DNA from: an uncultured Clostridia bacterium | GTDB taxonomy: Bacteria > Bacillota > Clostridia > TANB77 > CAG-508 | Assembly (NCBI GenBank): GCA_948485625.1 | Contig: CAOMRW010000001.1 | Location: forward strand, 70,449-134,448 | DNA length: 64,000 nt | Direction of reading: 5' to 3' | Part shown: in pieces, positions 1 through 9,781 of the stretch | Numbering within the stretch: the stretch's first letter is position 1 | How the letters are laid out: each line of letters opens with the position of its first letter | Notes under the pieces: model-generated | What the model saw: the letters and a program-made list of their open reading frames with translations, nothing else | What the model was told of the DNA's origin: nothing | The model's database searches: none | Program-made: the position numbers and the translations under genes

Positions 1-595
1 TGCTCCCATTCTTACACATAATTTTAATAATGCTCCTGTTTTGTTTACATGTATATATTCTAGCATTTCTTTTGATATTTGTTTTCCTTCTAATTCTGTG
101 TCTAAATATTCTCCTACTATCATTCTATCAGTTGCTTTTGTAAATTCATTAAATGCTCTTATTTTATTTTTTGTGTTGTCTTTATATTTATTTTGAGCAG
201 AATATGAAAGTTCATTGCTTATTACATTATATGCTTGGTTAAGTAGGCTATCTCCTGCAAGTAGAGCTGTTGAGTGTCCATATTTTTTGTGGTTTGTTGG
301 TTTTCCATGTCTAAAGTCGTCATTATCAATTTCTGGTAAGTCATCATGTATTAGTGAAAAGTTGTGTATCATTTCTATTGCAACTGCAAATGCCATACAT
401 TCTTCATAGTCTTTTTTAAATAGTTCATATGTTGCTATTACTAAAATTGGTCTTAATCTTTTCCCGTCCTGCCATTAAGCTATATTCCATAGAATTATTT
501 AGAATCTTTTCTGGGCATTTTTCTTTTCTTAAGTATTTTTCTAGTTCTTTATTTACTTTCTCTTGATATTCTTTTAGACTTTTTTTAAATTCCAT
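1..595 (-). pseudogene. ispA: trans-polyprenyl (farnesyl/geranylgeranyl) diphosphate synthase; its C-terminus lies outside the window and the frame is broken by one extra base at 466
   Basis: My minus-strand translation reads MEFKKSLKEYQ...MEYSLMAG. After skipping the C complementary to G466 it continues GKRLRPILV...IHNFSLIHDDLPEIDNDDFRHGKPTNHKKYG...AGDSLL. The GGKRLRP motif and the first Asp-rich motif are present. It is absent from the ORF track because it is split. Confidence 0.8.
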
Positions 596-625
596 TTTTA
601 CCTCTATAATATTTTATTACTATTA

Positions 626-1174
626 TTAAACAGACATTACTTCTTTTTCTTTATTTGCTAATATTTTGTCTATTTCTTCTACACTTTTGTCTGTTAATTT
701 TTGAATTTCATTTTCTGCTTGTTTTAGTTCATCTTCTGTTATATTTCCTTCTTTTTGTTCTGCTTTTGCTTCTTCAATTCCGTCTCTTCTTATTGCTCTT
801 ATTGCTATTTTTGCTTCTTCTGCCATTTTTTTGATGTCTTTTACTAATTCTTTTCTTCTTTCTTCTGTTAGTTCTGGGAATGCTAATCTTATTACTTTTC
901 CATCATTGTTTGGATTTATTCCTATATCTGATGCTAAGATTGCTTTTTCTATTTCTTTTAATACACTTATATCCCATGGTTGAATTACAATTAGTCTTGC
1001 TTCTGGTACTGATACTCCTGCAACTTGGTTTATTGGTGTTGGTGTTCCATAATAGTCTATTTTTACTTTGTTTAATATTGCAGGATTTGCTCTTCCTGCT
1101 CTTACTTCTGATAATTTTTCATTGTATACATTTATGCTTTTTTCCATTTTTTCTTTTATATTTGTATAATCCAT
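626..1174 (-). CDS. frr: ribosome recycling factor
   Basis: A 182 aa ORF with RRF-like sequence throughout (VRAGRANPAILN, LTEERRKELVK), in the usual neighbourhood of pyrH. Confidence 0.95.
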   Translation of the reverse strand: MDYTNIKEKMEKSINVYNEKLSEVRAGRANPAILNKVKIDYYGTPTPINQVAGVSVPEARLIVIQPWDISVLKEIEKAILASDIGINPNNDGKVIRLAFPELTEERRKELVKDIKKMAEEAKIAIRAIRRDGIEEAKAEQKEGNITEDELKQAENEIQKLTDKSVEEIDKILANKEKEVMSV

Positions 1175-1218
1175 AATTTTATTTTGTACTAATTTTTTAG
1201 TACAACTCCTTTCTTTTA

Positions 1219-2250
1219 TTAATTTTTTCTTTTTGGGGGTTCCCCTAATATTTTTGTAATATCAGTAACAAAAGCTATTATTATGACTAGCATTGTATAT
1301 AACCAAAATATTCCATCTCCTGTCAATGATATTGTTATTTTTTGCAATATTATTCCAACTAATACTACTATACTTAATAATATTACTATTTGCAATACTG
1401 CTTTTTTTGAATGTTTCGTAGCGTTTCTTACCATTTCATCATTTATAAATATTCTTTTTGCTTCTGTGTTTATATGTAAAGCTATAGAATTTGCAAATCT
1501 TTTTTCTAGTATTATTTGGTTTATTGTTTTTTTATCTACTAAATATTCTTGATTTTCTATTTCTGTTTTATATTTAATTATATTATTTCTTAATATCTCA
1601 CCTTTATCTGTATATTTACTTGCCTCTAGTAGCAATATATTTGAGATTATCTTTTCTAATATATATATCCATATATATATTAATGGTATTTGTTTATATA
1701 TAAATGTTTTTAATATAAAAAGTATAGTTATTGATATTATTGATATTTTTTTATACATTTTAGAAATTTTATTTAATTCTTCAATTTTGTATTTATCTAT
1801 TATATATTGTTTTATTAGTTCTTCTTGTAATACTTCTTTTAGGTCATTATATTGAACATTATATGAATTAAATGTATTTATTAGTTTTTCTTCTAATTCA
1901 TTTCTAGAAATTTCTGTTTTTTCTGAAAATAAGAAGTTTAATATTATTAATTCATATTTTTCAATTTTATGTGTTTCTATATCAAAGTTTTGTTTTATTG
2001 TGTAATTATATGCATTAATATCATCTCTATCATATTCTATTTTTAAATAGCCTTTTATATTTAAATTAAGTATTTCGGCTATTATAAAGTCAAAATTGTT
2101 ACTAAGTCCTTTATCATATATGTAGCCTATAATTATTGGGTCTATTTGTTCTATTTCTTCTTTTGTTTTATTTATATTTTTAGGTGTATTGTAATATTTT
2201 ATGTATATATATACAATAATTATTATGTTTATAAATATTAATACTAACAT
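1219..2250 (-). CDS. multi-pass membrane protein, possibly DUF2207-like
   Basis: A 343 aa ORF with an N-terminal TM helix, a soluble middle and several C-terminal TM helices. The family name is from recollection only. Confidence 0.45.
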   Translation of the reverse strand: MLVLIFINIIIIVYIYIKYYNTPKNINKTKEEIEQIDPIIIGYIYDKGLSNNFDFIIAEILNLNIKGYLKIEYDRDDINAYNYTIKQNFDIETHKIEKYELIILNFLFSEKTEISRNELEEKLINTFNSYNVQYNDLKEVLQEELIKQYIIDKYKIEELNKISKMYKKISIISITILFILKTFIYKQIPLIYIWIYILEKIISNILLLEASKYTDKGEILRNNIIKYKTEIENQEYLVDKKTINQIILEKRFANSIALHINTEAKRIFINDEMVRNATKHSKKAVLQIVILLSIVVLVGIILQKITISLTGDGIFWLYTMLVIIIAFVTDITKILGEPPKRKN

Positions 2251-2259
2251 TTATTCTCC

Positions 2260-2976
2260 TTATTTTACTAATGTTCCTATTTCTTCTCCTTTTACTGCTC
2301 TTACTATGTTTTCTGGGTCTGCTATTCCAAATACTAATAATGGAATATTATTGTCTTTACATAGTGCTGTTGCTGTTGCATCCATTACTTTTAGGTCTTT
2401 TTCTAATACTTCTAGATATGATATCTTGTCATATTTTTCTGCGTTTTTATCTATTTTAGGGTCTGCTGAGTATACTGCGTCTATTGCTTTTCCTAATAGT
2501 ATTATGTCTGCATTTATTTCTGTTGCTCTTAATACTGCTGCTGTGTCTGTTGTAAAATATGGGTGTCCTGTTCCTCCTGCAAATATTACTACTCTTCCTC
2601 TTTTTAAGTGTTTTTCTGCTTTTCTTATTATAAATGGTTCTGCTATTTCTCTCATTTCTATTGCTGTTTGTACTCTTGAGTTTATTCCTCTAGCTTCTAG
2701 TGCATCTTGAAGTGCTAATCCATTCATTGCTGTTGCAAGCATTCCCATATAGTCTGCTGTTGCTCTTTCCATTTGATGTCCATTTCTTCCTCTCCAGAAG
2801 TTTCCTCCTCCACATACTATTCCAACTTCTACTCCCATTTCTGTTACTTCTTTTATCTTGTCGCATATTTTTCCTACTGTTTCTACATTTACTCCTGTTT
2901 TACTTTCTCCTGCTAGTGCTTCTCCACTTAGCTTTAATAAGATTCTTTTATATTTGGCTTCTGACAATTTTTTCAC
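2260..2976 (-). CDS. pyrH: UMP kinase
   Basis: A 238 aa ORF with [20 protein letters not shown] and FTTDTAA motifs. Confidence 0.95.
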   Translation of the reverse strand: MKKLSEAKYKRILLKLSGEALAGESKTGVNVETVGKICDKIKEVTEMGVEVGIVCGGGNFWRGRNGHQMERATADYMGMLATAMNGLALQDALEARGINSRVQTAIEMREIAEPFIIRKAEKHLKRGRVVIFAGGTGHPYFTTDTAAVLRATEINADIILLGKAIDAVYSADPKIDKNAEKYDKISYLEVLEKDLKVMDATATALCKDNNIPLLVFGIADPENIVRAVKGEEIGTLVK

Positions 2977-3045
2977 TCTCCTTATTTTGTTTTGTCAGTT
3001 GTATTCTATCATATATATTTTAAAATGGATAGACTTTTTAAAAAA

Positions 3046-3078
3046 ATATTCAAAGAAAGTAAAGTTTCTTTGAATATT
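3046..3078. terminator. bidirectional hairpin terminator
   Basis: A 14-bp stem (aatattcaaagaaa / tttctttgaatatt) flanked by an A-run and a T-run, between the stop of pilin-like gene a and the pyrH start. Confidence 0.5.
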
Positions 3079-3103
3079 TTTTATATGATGTTTTTTAATT
3101 TTA

Positions 3104-4545
3104 TTAATTCTTGAAAAAATCATTTATTGTTTGTTCTTCTGTAATTTCATTGTCTGTTAAGAATATTTCGTTAATTATTGTTCTAACTCCGTTATAATGT
3201 GCTCCTCCTCTATACATTTCAATAAATTTTGTTTCCTCATCTATTCGAATGCTTTTAATCTGATTTATGTTATTATTATCTTCATATTCTATAGCTTTTA
3301 TAAGTTGTTTATTTTGATTATAAAACTTTATTGCTGGAAATCCTACATATACATTTATAAATTTTCCTATACAATCCTCCTCAATCTCTATAAGTCCACC
3401 ACTTGTTCCATTTATGTATTTTCCTGTAATAGTATTTGCTCCAAAACCTGCTTGACTTTCAATATCACCATCAAATGCATTATATAAAACATCATAATAG
3501 TCTGCCCAGCTATATTCTCTTAAAGTAGTATATGGTATTGTTTTATCTAATACTCTTCCTATAATCTCGTTTGTTTTAGGGTCTTTTTTGTATGCATTAA
3601 CAAATCCTGATGTTGTTAATACTATTTTTTCTAAAGACTCTGTTGTATTTGTTGTTGTAAATTCTTTTGTATCAGATTTTATTATCTCACTATTATAATT
3701 TAGTGTTACATATACACTATATTTAGTTTCTTTATTTAAGTCATTTATAGTTATACTTGTTTCTGTTGTATTACTAATTTTCGCAGTCTCATCTAAATAA
3801 TAAGTATATATGCCATCTTCTATGCCATTTATAATATTTATTTTGCATTTTGTATCGTCTATTTCTGTTATTTCTATTTCTGGTTTTTCTATTATATTAG
3901 TAACATTTACTGTTTTTCTAGCTTTTCTTCCACTGTCTCCTATTGCAATAAAAGTATATTTTCCATTTTTAGATACTGTAAAAATTTTATGTGTGTCACT
4001 TACTTGTGTTTTTAATGTTATATTTTCTGGTTCTTGTAATATTACTGTTCCTTCTGTAATACTAGCAATTACTTCTATATCTACATTTTCTGATGTAAGT
4101 TCTTTTGTTAGTGCTTCAGCTTCAATATCTGGTTTTATTCCATTTATTTTTTCTTCAACATGTACTTGATAATTATCATCTATATAAAATGAGTATCCTT
4201 TATATTCTCCCTCTGGATAGTCTGGTGCTTGTGTTATATCCCAGTCATAATCATCTTTTCCCTCTTCATCTAAATATTCTGGTAGTTTTTTATTATGTTT
4301 TCCATATTAAACTCTTCATTTTTGATGATTGAATCTGTTTTCATAGTTGCTATTACTAAATTTAGTTCTTCCTCATATTGTGCTTGTTTAGATTTTTCAC
4401 TTGCTTCTTTTGCTCTTTCAAATAATCCACTTCCTGTTAAACTTGATATTGATATTCCTGCTAATATTAGTAGAATTATTATTGTTATTACTAATGCTAT
4501 TAATGTTATTCCTTTGTTTCCTTTTATTTTTAAGTATCTTTTCAT
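3104..4545 (-). pseudogene. large surface protein with pilin-like N-terminus, paralogue a; frame broken in an A6 run (T6 at 4286-4291)
   Basis: ORF 4270-4545 encodes MKRYLKIKGNKGITLIALVITIIILLILAGI... I checked codon by codon that the -1 frame is open from 4306 down to the stop at 3104-3106 (LPEYLDEEGKDDYDW...GDSGRKARKTVNV...). That part has no start codon, so it is missing from the ORF track. Confidence 0.8.
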
Positions 4546-4579
4546 TTGTTTCTCTCCTTTTTTAGATTTATGTTTATAC

Positions 4580-4770
4580 CATTTGTATAAGATATCTGTA
4601 ACTCGCTTTGCTCGAACAGCTTTATTTCTATATGTTTACAAATTCACTGTCGTTCATTTGTATAAGATATCTGTAACTTGCTTTGCTCGAACAGCTTTAT
4701 TTCTATATGTTTACAAATTCACTGTCGTTCATTTGTATAAGATATCTGTAACTCGCTTTGCTCGAACAGC
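4580..4770 (-). repeat. 75-bp tandem repeat, two full units (4580-4654, 4655-4729) plus 41 bp, inside the 5' leader of paralogue a
   Basis: I read this directly from the sequence. The unit is catttgtataagatatctgtaactcgctttgctcgaacagctttatttctatatgtttacaaattcactgtcgtt, with one mismatch between the units. Confidence 0.9.
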
Positions 4771-4777
4771 TATCTTA

Positions 4778-4806
4778 ATTATATATTTTGTTATTTTTAA
4801 GCACAA
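4778..4806 (-). promoter_or_regulatory. sigmaA-type promoter of paralogue a
   Basis: On the minus strand the sequence reads TTGTGC, a 17-nt spacer, then TATAAT, immediately upstream of the conserved leader. Confidence 0.5.
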
Positions 4807-4873
4807 GAAAAGTGACTACTTTTAGTAATCACTTTTTAACATAATATCTTATTGTCTAATAATTTTATTAGTA

Positions 4874-6157
4874 CTAATTTGGTAAATTTTCATTTGAATA
4901 TTCATTTCCAGATAAATCACTTTCACTGCACCATACTTCGTAAACATATAGTCCATCATTTGACACTGCTCCACTTATTCCTCCCCAATATGTTCCATCT
5001 GGAATAAGTACACTTCTTGCATGTAATAATCTTGTGTCAACTTCACCAGGTAGGCTATTTAAATAAATAGTATATTTATCAGAGAAATTTTCTTTACTAG
5101 ATCCAAAACATAACCATCCAGCCTCTCCATAAACATTATTGCAATATATAGTAATATATTTTCCCCAGCAGTCAGAATCTATTTTAAAAAGTGCTCCATA
5201 TAGTGCATATCCACTTTGAGTATCAAATTTTTTATCATAGCAATTCTGGTCAAGAGGTACCCCTTCAGTAGCATTAATAACGCTAGCTTCTTTACTTACA
5301 ATTTCTGTTTCTATATTACTTTCTTCTATCACACTTTTTGCCATTATTTTAGTAGCATTTGTTCTGATTGTTCCTGAATATATTTGCCATGTTGCTCCAT
5401 CATCTTCACTATAATAATTCTTTATAAATTCACTATCATCAAATTGAATATCTACAATAATTTTGCCTCCTTTAAATCCTTCTAATGTTAATGTAGGGAA
5501 TCTTTCTTCTTCATTGATAGTTATTATTGGTGTACTTGGTTTTATATTTTGTATATCTATAGTATTTTTTCCTTTTCTTCCTGTTGATGATATTGCTTTG
5601 AATATATAACTTCCACTTTTATTTACTGTGAATGTTGTTTCTGCTCCACTTACTTCTGTTCCATCTGGTTTTATTATTTTGGTTATTGTCCCATCTGATA
5701 CTGTTGCAGTTGCTGTTATTATTACCTCACTCGCTCCAATGTCTGTTGTATTTACTGAAAATGTTATTGTTGGTTTTGCTCCATTCATTGGTCCATTCAT
5801 TTCTACTTTTAGGTCTTTATCTATTGTATATGCGTAATCTTTATATTCTCCTTCTATTTCTTCACCATCTAATTGTGCTTCTATATCTTTTAATTTATTG
5901 GGTAATTCTTTCTCTAATAATTCTAATGTTACATTATTTCCTTTTGATATTTCTTCTATTTGTATATTCATTATTGTTGTTTCAATTTCTTCTTTTATTT
6001 GAGCCTCTAAAGATTTTTCCTTTGATTCTTTTGCTCTTCCAAATAATCCACTTCCTGTTAAACTTGCTATTGATATTCCTGCTAAGATTAATAGAATTAT
6101 TATTGTTATTACTAATGCTATTAATGTTATACCTTTATTATTTAAAAGTTTTTTCAT
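4874..6157 (-). CDS. large surface protein with pilin-like N-terminus, paralogue b
   Basis: A 427 aa ORF. Its N-terminus MKKLLNNKGITLIALVITIIILLILAGISI resembles a prepilin leader and helix but has Ala instead of Glu at +5. This is followed by a charged helix, Ig-like segments and a unique Cys/Trp-rich C-terminus. Confidence 0.8.
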   Translation of the reverse strand: MKKLLNNKGITLIALVITIIILLILAGISIASLTGSGLFGRAKESKEKSLEAQIKEEIETTIMNIQIEEISKGNNVTLELLEKELPNKLKDIEAQLDGEEIEGEYKDYAYTIDKDLKVEMNGPMNGAKPTITFSVNTTDIGASEVIITATATVSDGTITKIIKPDGTEVSGAETTFTVNKSGSYIFKAISSTGRKGKNTIDIQNIKPSTPIITINEEERFPTLTLEGFKGGKIIVDIQFDDSEFIKNYYSEDDGATWQIYSGTIRTNATKIMAKSVIEESNIETEIVSKEASVINATEGVPLDQNCYDKKFDTQSGYALYGALFKIDSDCWGKYITIYCNNVYGEAGWLCFGSSKENFSDKYTIYLNSLPGEVDTRLLHARSVLIPDGTYWGGISGAVSNDGLYVYEVWCSESDLSGNEYSNENLPN

Positions 6158-6213
6158 TTGTTTCCTCCTTAATTTAATATATGATTCTATATATTATTAT
6201 CTTTTATGAAAAA

Positions 6214-6242
6214 ATTATAGCATTGCAGGTGGTATATTGCAA
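6214..6242 (-). promoter_or_regulatory. candidate sigmaA promoter of paralogue b
   Basis: The minus strand reads TTGCAA, a 17-nt spacer, then TATAAT, about 55 nt upstream of the start codon. Confidence 0.45.
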
Positions 6243-6302
6243 CATTAAAAAAAAAATTTATTGTTATTATATAAGGCATTAATAAAATAAATGGAGTGAA
6301 AA

Positions 6303-6542
6303 ATGAATAAAGATATATATTATTTAGTAGGTCAGAATATAAAAAAACAAAGGAAATTAAAAGGATTAACACAATTAGAATTGGCTAATAAAACATTTTA
6401 TAGTTATGAATTTATTAGAAAAGTCGAATCTAAGAGTGCTTGTAGAAATACTTTTTCTTTAGATACTGTTAGCAAAATTGCTTTAGCTTTAAATATAGAC
6501 ATTAGGCTTTTGTTTGAACCTCTTGATGATGAAATTGCTTAA
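6303..6542 (+). CDS. XRE-family helix-turn-helix regulator
   Basis: A 79 aa ORF with the LKGLTQLELANK HTH signature, divergent from paralogue b. Confidence 0.8.
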   Translation: MNKDIYYLVGQNIKKQRKLKGLTQLELANKTFYSYEFIRKVESKSACRNTFSLDTVSKIALALNIDIRLLFEPLDDEIA

Positions 6543-6619
6543 TTAATATTTTTTATAACAAATAAAAAACTTAAGTTATAATTATTACTAATTTAATAAC
6601 TTAAGTTTTATTTTATGTT

Positions 6620-7498
6620 TTATTTTAATTGATTCATAACTTCTTCAGCAAAGTTTTCTTCTTTCTTCTCGATTCCTTCACCTTTTTCAAATCTAGCAAA
6701 TGCAACTACTTCACTATCTGTTTCAGCTAATAATTGTGATACTTTTTTACTTGGGTCTTTTACAAATGCTTGGTCTATTAAACATATTTCTTCATAGAAT
6801 TTTCCAATTCTACCTTGAACTATTTTTTCAGCTATTGCTTCTGGTTTTCCTTCATTCATTGTTTGAACTTTTAAGATTTCCATTTCTTTTTCTACTCTTT
6901 CAGCAGATACTTCTTCTTTTCTTACAAATTCTGGTCTTGCTGCTGCTATTTGCATACATATGTCTTTTGCAACTTCTTCTGTTCCTTTAGCCATATCTAC
7001 TAAAACAGCGATTTTTCCATCACCATGGATATATTTTGCAACTATTCCATTAGATTCAAATCTTACAAATCTTCTTATTGATAAGTTTTCTCCTATTGTT
7101 GCTATTTTTCCTACTAATGCTTCTTGTACTGTTTTTCCTTCTTCAAATTCTGCTGGTGATGCTAATAATGTTTCTACATCTGCTGGATTTGTATTAACTA
7201 TTTGTTTTGCTACATTCATAACAAATGTTTTGAATTCTTCATTTTTTGCAACGAAGTCTGTTTCTGAGTTTACTTCTACTACTGCTCCAACTTTTCTATC
7301 TTCTGATACATATGCTTCTACTAATCCTTCTGCTGCTATTCTTCCTGATTTTTTAGCTGCTTTTGCAATTCCTCTTTCTCTTAATAAGTCCATTGCTTTT
7401 TCCATGTCTCCATCTGTCTCTGTTAAAACTTTTTTGCAGTCCATCATTCCTGCTCCTGTTTTTTCTCTTAATTCTTTTACTAAACTTGCTGTAACCAT
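6620..7498 (-). CDS. tsf: elongation factor Ts
   Basis: A 292 aa ORF starting VKELREKTGAGMMDCKKVL, downstream of rpsB. Confidence 0.95.
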   Translation of the reverse strand: MVTASLVKELREKTGAGMMDCKKVLTETDGDMEKAMDLLRERGIAKAAKKSGRIAAEGLVEAYVSEDRKVGAVVEVNSETDFVAKNEEFKTFVMNVAKQIVNTNPADVETLLASPAEFEEGKTVQEALVGKIATIGENLSIRRFVRFESNGIVAKYIHGDGKIAVLVDMAKGTEEVAKDICMQIAAARPEFVRKEEVSAERVEKEMEILKVQTMNEGKPEAIAEKIVQGRIGKFYEEICLIDQAFVKDPSKKVSQLLAETDSEVVAFARFEKGEGIEKKEENFAEEVMNQLK

Positions 7499-7661
7499 TT
7501 TTTATTTCCTCCTTTTTAAGTTAGCTGTTTAGGCTATGCTGATTATATATAAGTTATTATTATAATCACTTGCTCTTAAGCTACTATATTATTTCAAAAA
7601 GAGCATAACATCTGTCCCGTCCGAATATTTTCGAACGAGCGTTGCTCGCTCTTTTCATTTA

Positions 7662-8432
7662 TTATTCTTCTTCGCTATTTGCTACTACTTCTTCCATTGA
7701 AGCTGGTTCTTCTGTTACTTCTTCCATAACAGCTTCTGTTTCAAAGCTTTCACCTTGTTTTCCTTCAATGATTGCATTTGCCATAACATCTGTTATTAAT
7801 TTTACAGCTCTTATAGCATCATCATTTCCAGGTATAGCATAATCAACTTCTTCTGGATTGCAGTTTGTATCAACTAATCCTATTAATGGTATTCCCAATT
7901 TTTTAGCTTCTAATACTGCTATATGTTCTTTTTTAGGATCTACTAAGAATATAACTCCTGGAATTTCTTCCATATCTTTAATTCCACCTAAGTTTCTTTC
8001 TAGTTTTTCCATTTCTTTCTTTAATAAGATAACTTCTTTTTTTGGTAATACATCAAATGTACCATCTTCTTGCATTGTTTCAAGATTTTTTAATCTTTGT
8101 ACTCTTGTTCTGATTGTTTCGAAGTTTGTTAACATTCCTCCTAACCATCTTTGATCAATATAGTACATTCCAGATTTTTCTGCTGCTTCTTTAACACATT
8201 CTTGTGCTTGTTTTTTTGTTCCTACAAATAGAACTGTTTTCCCTTCTTCTACTTGTTCTTTTAAGAATGCATAAGCTTCATCTAATTTTTTAGATGTTTT
8301 TTGTAAATCGATTATATGGATTCCATTTCTAGCTTGAAATATGTATTCAGCCATTTTAGGGTCCCATCTTCTTGTTTGATGTCCAAAGTGAACACCTGCT
8401 TCTAGTAATTGTTTCATTGCAACTACTGCCAT
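7662..8432 (-). CDS. rpsB: 30S ribosomal protein S2
   Basis: The ORF track gives 7662-8477. I place the start at the ATG at 8430-8432 ([23 protein letters not shown]), which is preceded by GGGAGGA. The protein has an acidic C-terminal tail. Confidence 0.93.
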   Translation of the reverse strand: MAVVAMKQLLEAGVHFGHQTRRWDPKMAEYIFQARNGIHIIDLQKTSKKLDEAYAFLKEQVEEGKTVLFVGTKKQAQECVKEAAEKSGMYYIDQRWLGGMLTNFETIRTRVQRLKNLETMQEDGTFDVLPKKEVILLKKEMEKLERNLGGIKDMEEIPGVIFLVDPKKEHIAVLEAKKLGIPLIGLVDTNCNPEEVDYAIPGNDDAIRAVKLITDVMANAIIEGKQGESFETEAVMEEVTEEPASMEEVVANSEEE

Positions 8433-8893
8433 TTTAAATTCCTCCCTTTTTGTTTTTACTTCCATAAAGTTCATCATTTAAACAGGACCAATTTCTTGGC
8501 ACTTCCCTTTAAACTTGCTTTATGTGTTTATTACGCATAATATTATAGCAACTTTTTTAACTAAATGCAAGCATTTTTCTAAAATTTGCTATTTTACTTA
8601 TAAAAAGTTTTACCCAAATAGCTTAGTTGCATACTTTTGTGCTATTGTTTTCTAGTAACCTAAAAATCATATTTTGGCAACTTGTTCTACATATTTTTCT
8701 TCTTTTGGCATTATTTTTTCAATTTCAACATCCATTTTCATTCTTATTATTTAGTTTTCATAAACTTTATCATTTTTTATTTAAATCAATTAAATTATGT
8801 AAATTTTTATATTTTTACTAAAATCTATTGATTTAATTTCTAATTTATTATAGTATATAAAAGAAATTAATGAGATTTACATAGGAGGAAAAA

Positions 8894-9760
8894 ATGCCAA
8901 GAAAAGCAAAAGAAAATGAAGAATTAAAAAGAGTAGTAAAAGATACTACTGAACTAAAAACTAAAAAAAGTAATACTAAAAAATCTACTAATAGAACTAC
9001 TAAAAATCAGGAGTTAGATGTTAAATTAGCTGATACAAAAACATCAAATTCAAGAAAAAAACCTGTTACTAAAAGTGTAACTGAAAAAAAATCTTCTACA
9101 TCAAGAAAAAATACAACAAAAAAAGATACTTCAAAAAAGTCTAAAAAGTCATCAACTGTAAAGAAACAGGTAAAACCTACGCTTGTTGAATATTATGATT
9201 TACCAGAAAGATATAATCAAACAGTAGTTAAGGTTTTAGCTCAAACTCCTAAAACTCTTTTTATTTATTGGGAAATTTCTGATTCTGATATAGAAAAATA
9301 TATAACTCAATATGGTGAAAATTTTTTTGAGACAACAAAACCAGTTTTAATTATTCATAATGATACTTTAAATTATAGTTTTGAAGTAGAAATAAATGAT
9401 TTTGCTAATAGTTGGTATTTACATATAAATGATACTAAATCAAATTATAGAATTGAGCTTGGTAGACGTCCTGTAAATAATAATGTGGATTTAAAGTCTG
9501 ATTATATTTATATAACATCGTCAAATAAAATTGAATCTCCAAATGATCATATTTTATTTAATAATTCTGAGAAAATGGTTTATTTTAGAAATGTTAAAAC
9601 TAATCATGAAATTCAAAAACCTTTATATACTCTTTCTTTCATGAAAAATATTGGAAAGATTTATGATATTTATGATTTATATTCTGAGTTATACAAGAAC
9701 GAAGATAGCCTTGAAAATTTATCAAATCCATCTTCAAATATGTCATCTCAATTTAAATAA
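8894..9760 (+). CDS. DUF4912-like protein with a Lys/Ser/Thr-rich N-terminus
   Basis: A 288 aa ORF. The segment YDLPERYNQTVVKVLAQTPKTLFIYWEIS resembles DUF4912, which commonly precedes GH57 genes. Confidence 0.65.
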   Translation: MPRKAKENEELKRVVKDTTELKTKKSNTKKSTNRTTKNQELDVKLADTKTSNSRKKPVTKSVTEKKSSTSRKNTTKKDTSKKSKKSSTVKKQVKPTLVEYYDLPERYNQTVVKVLAQTPKTLFIYWEISDSDIEKYITQYGENFFETTKPVLIIHNDTLNYSFEVEINDFANSWYLHINDTKSNYRIELGRRPVNNNVDLKSDYIYITSSNKIESPNDHILFNNSEKMVYFRNVKTNHEIQKPLYTLSFMKNIGKIYDIYDLYSELYKNEDSLENLSNPSSNMSSQFK

Positions 9761-9781
9761 TTTAAGAAGGAGAATTTTAAA

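Noticed and set aside
880-1176. Many Leu/Phe-rich + strand ORFs antisense to minus-strand genes (for example 880-1176, 2700-3023, 5632-6177, 14840-15061, 17235-17504, 46396-46797, 62060-62437).
   Set aside because: These are low-complexity shadow ORFs opposite well-supported genes in an AT-rich genome. They have no SD sequences or motifs.
4655-4700. A 9-codon leader peptide (MNDSEFVNI) inside each 75-bp unit.
   Set aside because: The ATG is not conserved in the equivalent leaders of genes c and d.
4580-4770. A possible CRISPR array, suggested by the regular 75-bp repeats.
   Set aside because: The units are directly adjacent with no unique spacers. They match the 5' leader of paralogous genes, and there are no cas genes.
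4546-4806. A c-di-GMP or other known riboswitch upstream of the pilin-like genes.
   Set aside because: I could not find the GEMM-type conserved GC-rich cores or any other riboswitch consensus I know. I report it only as an unclassified conserved leader.
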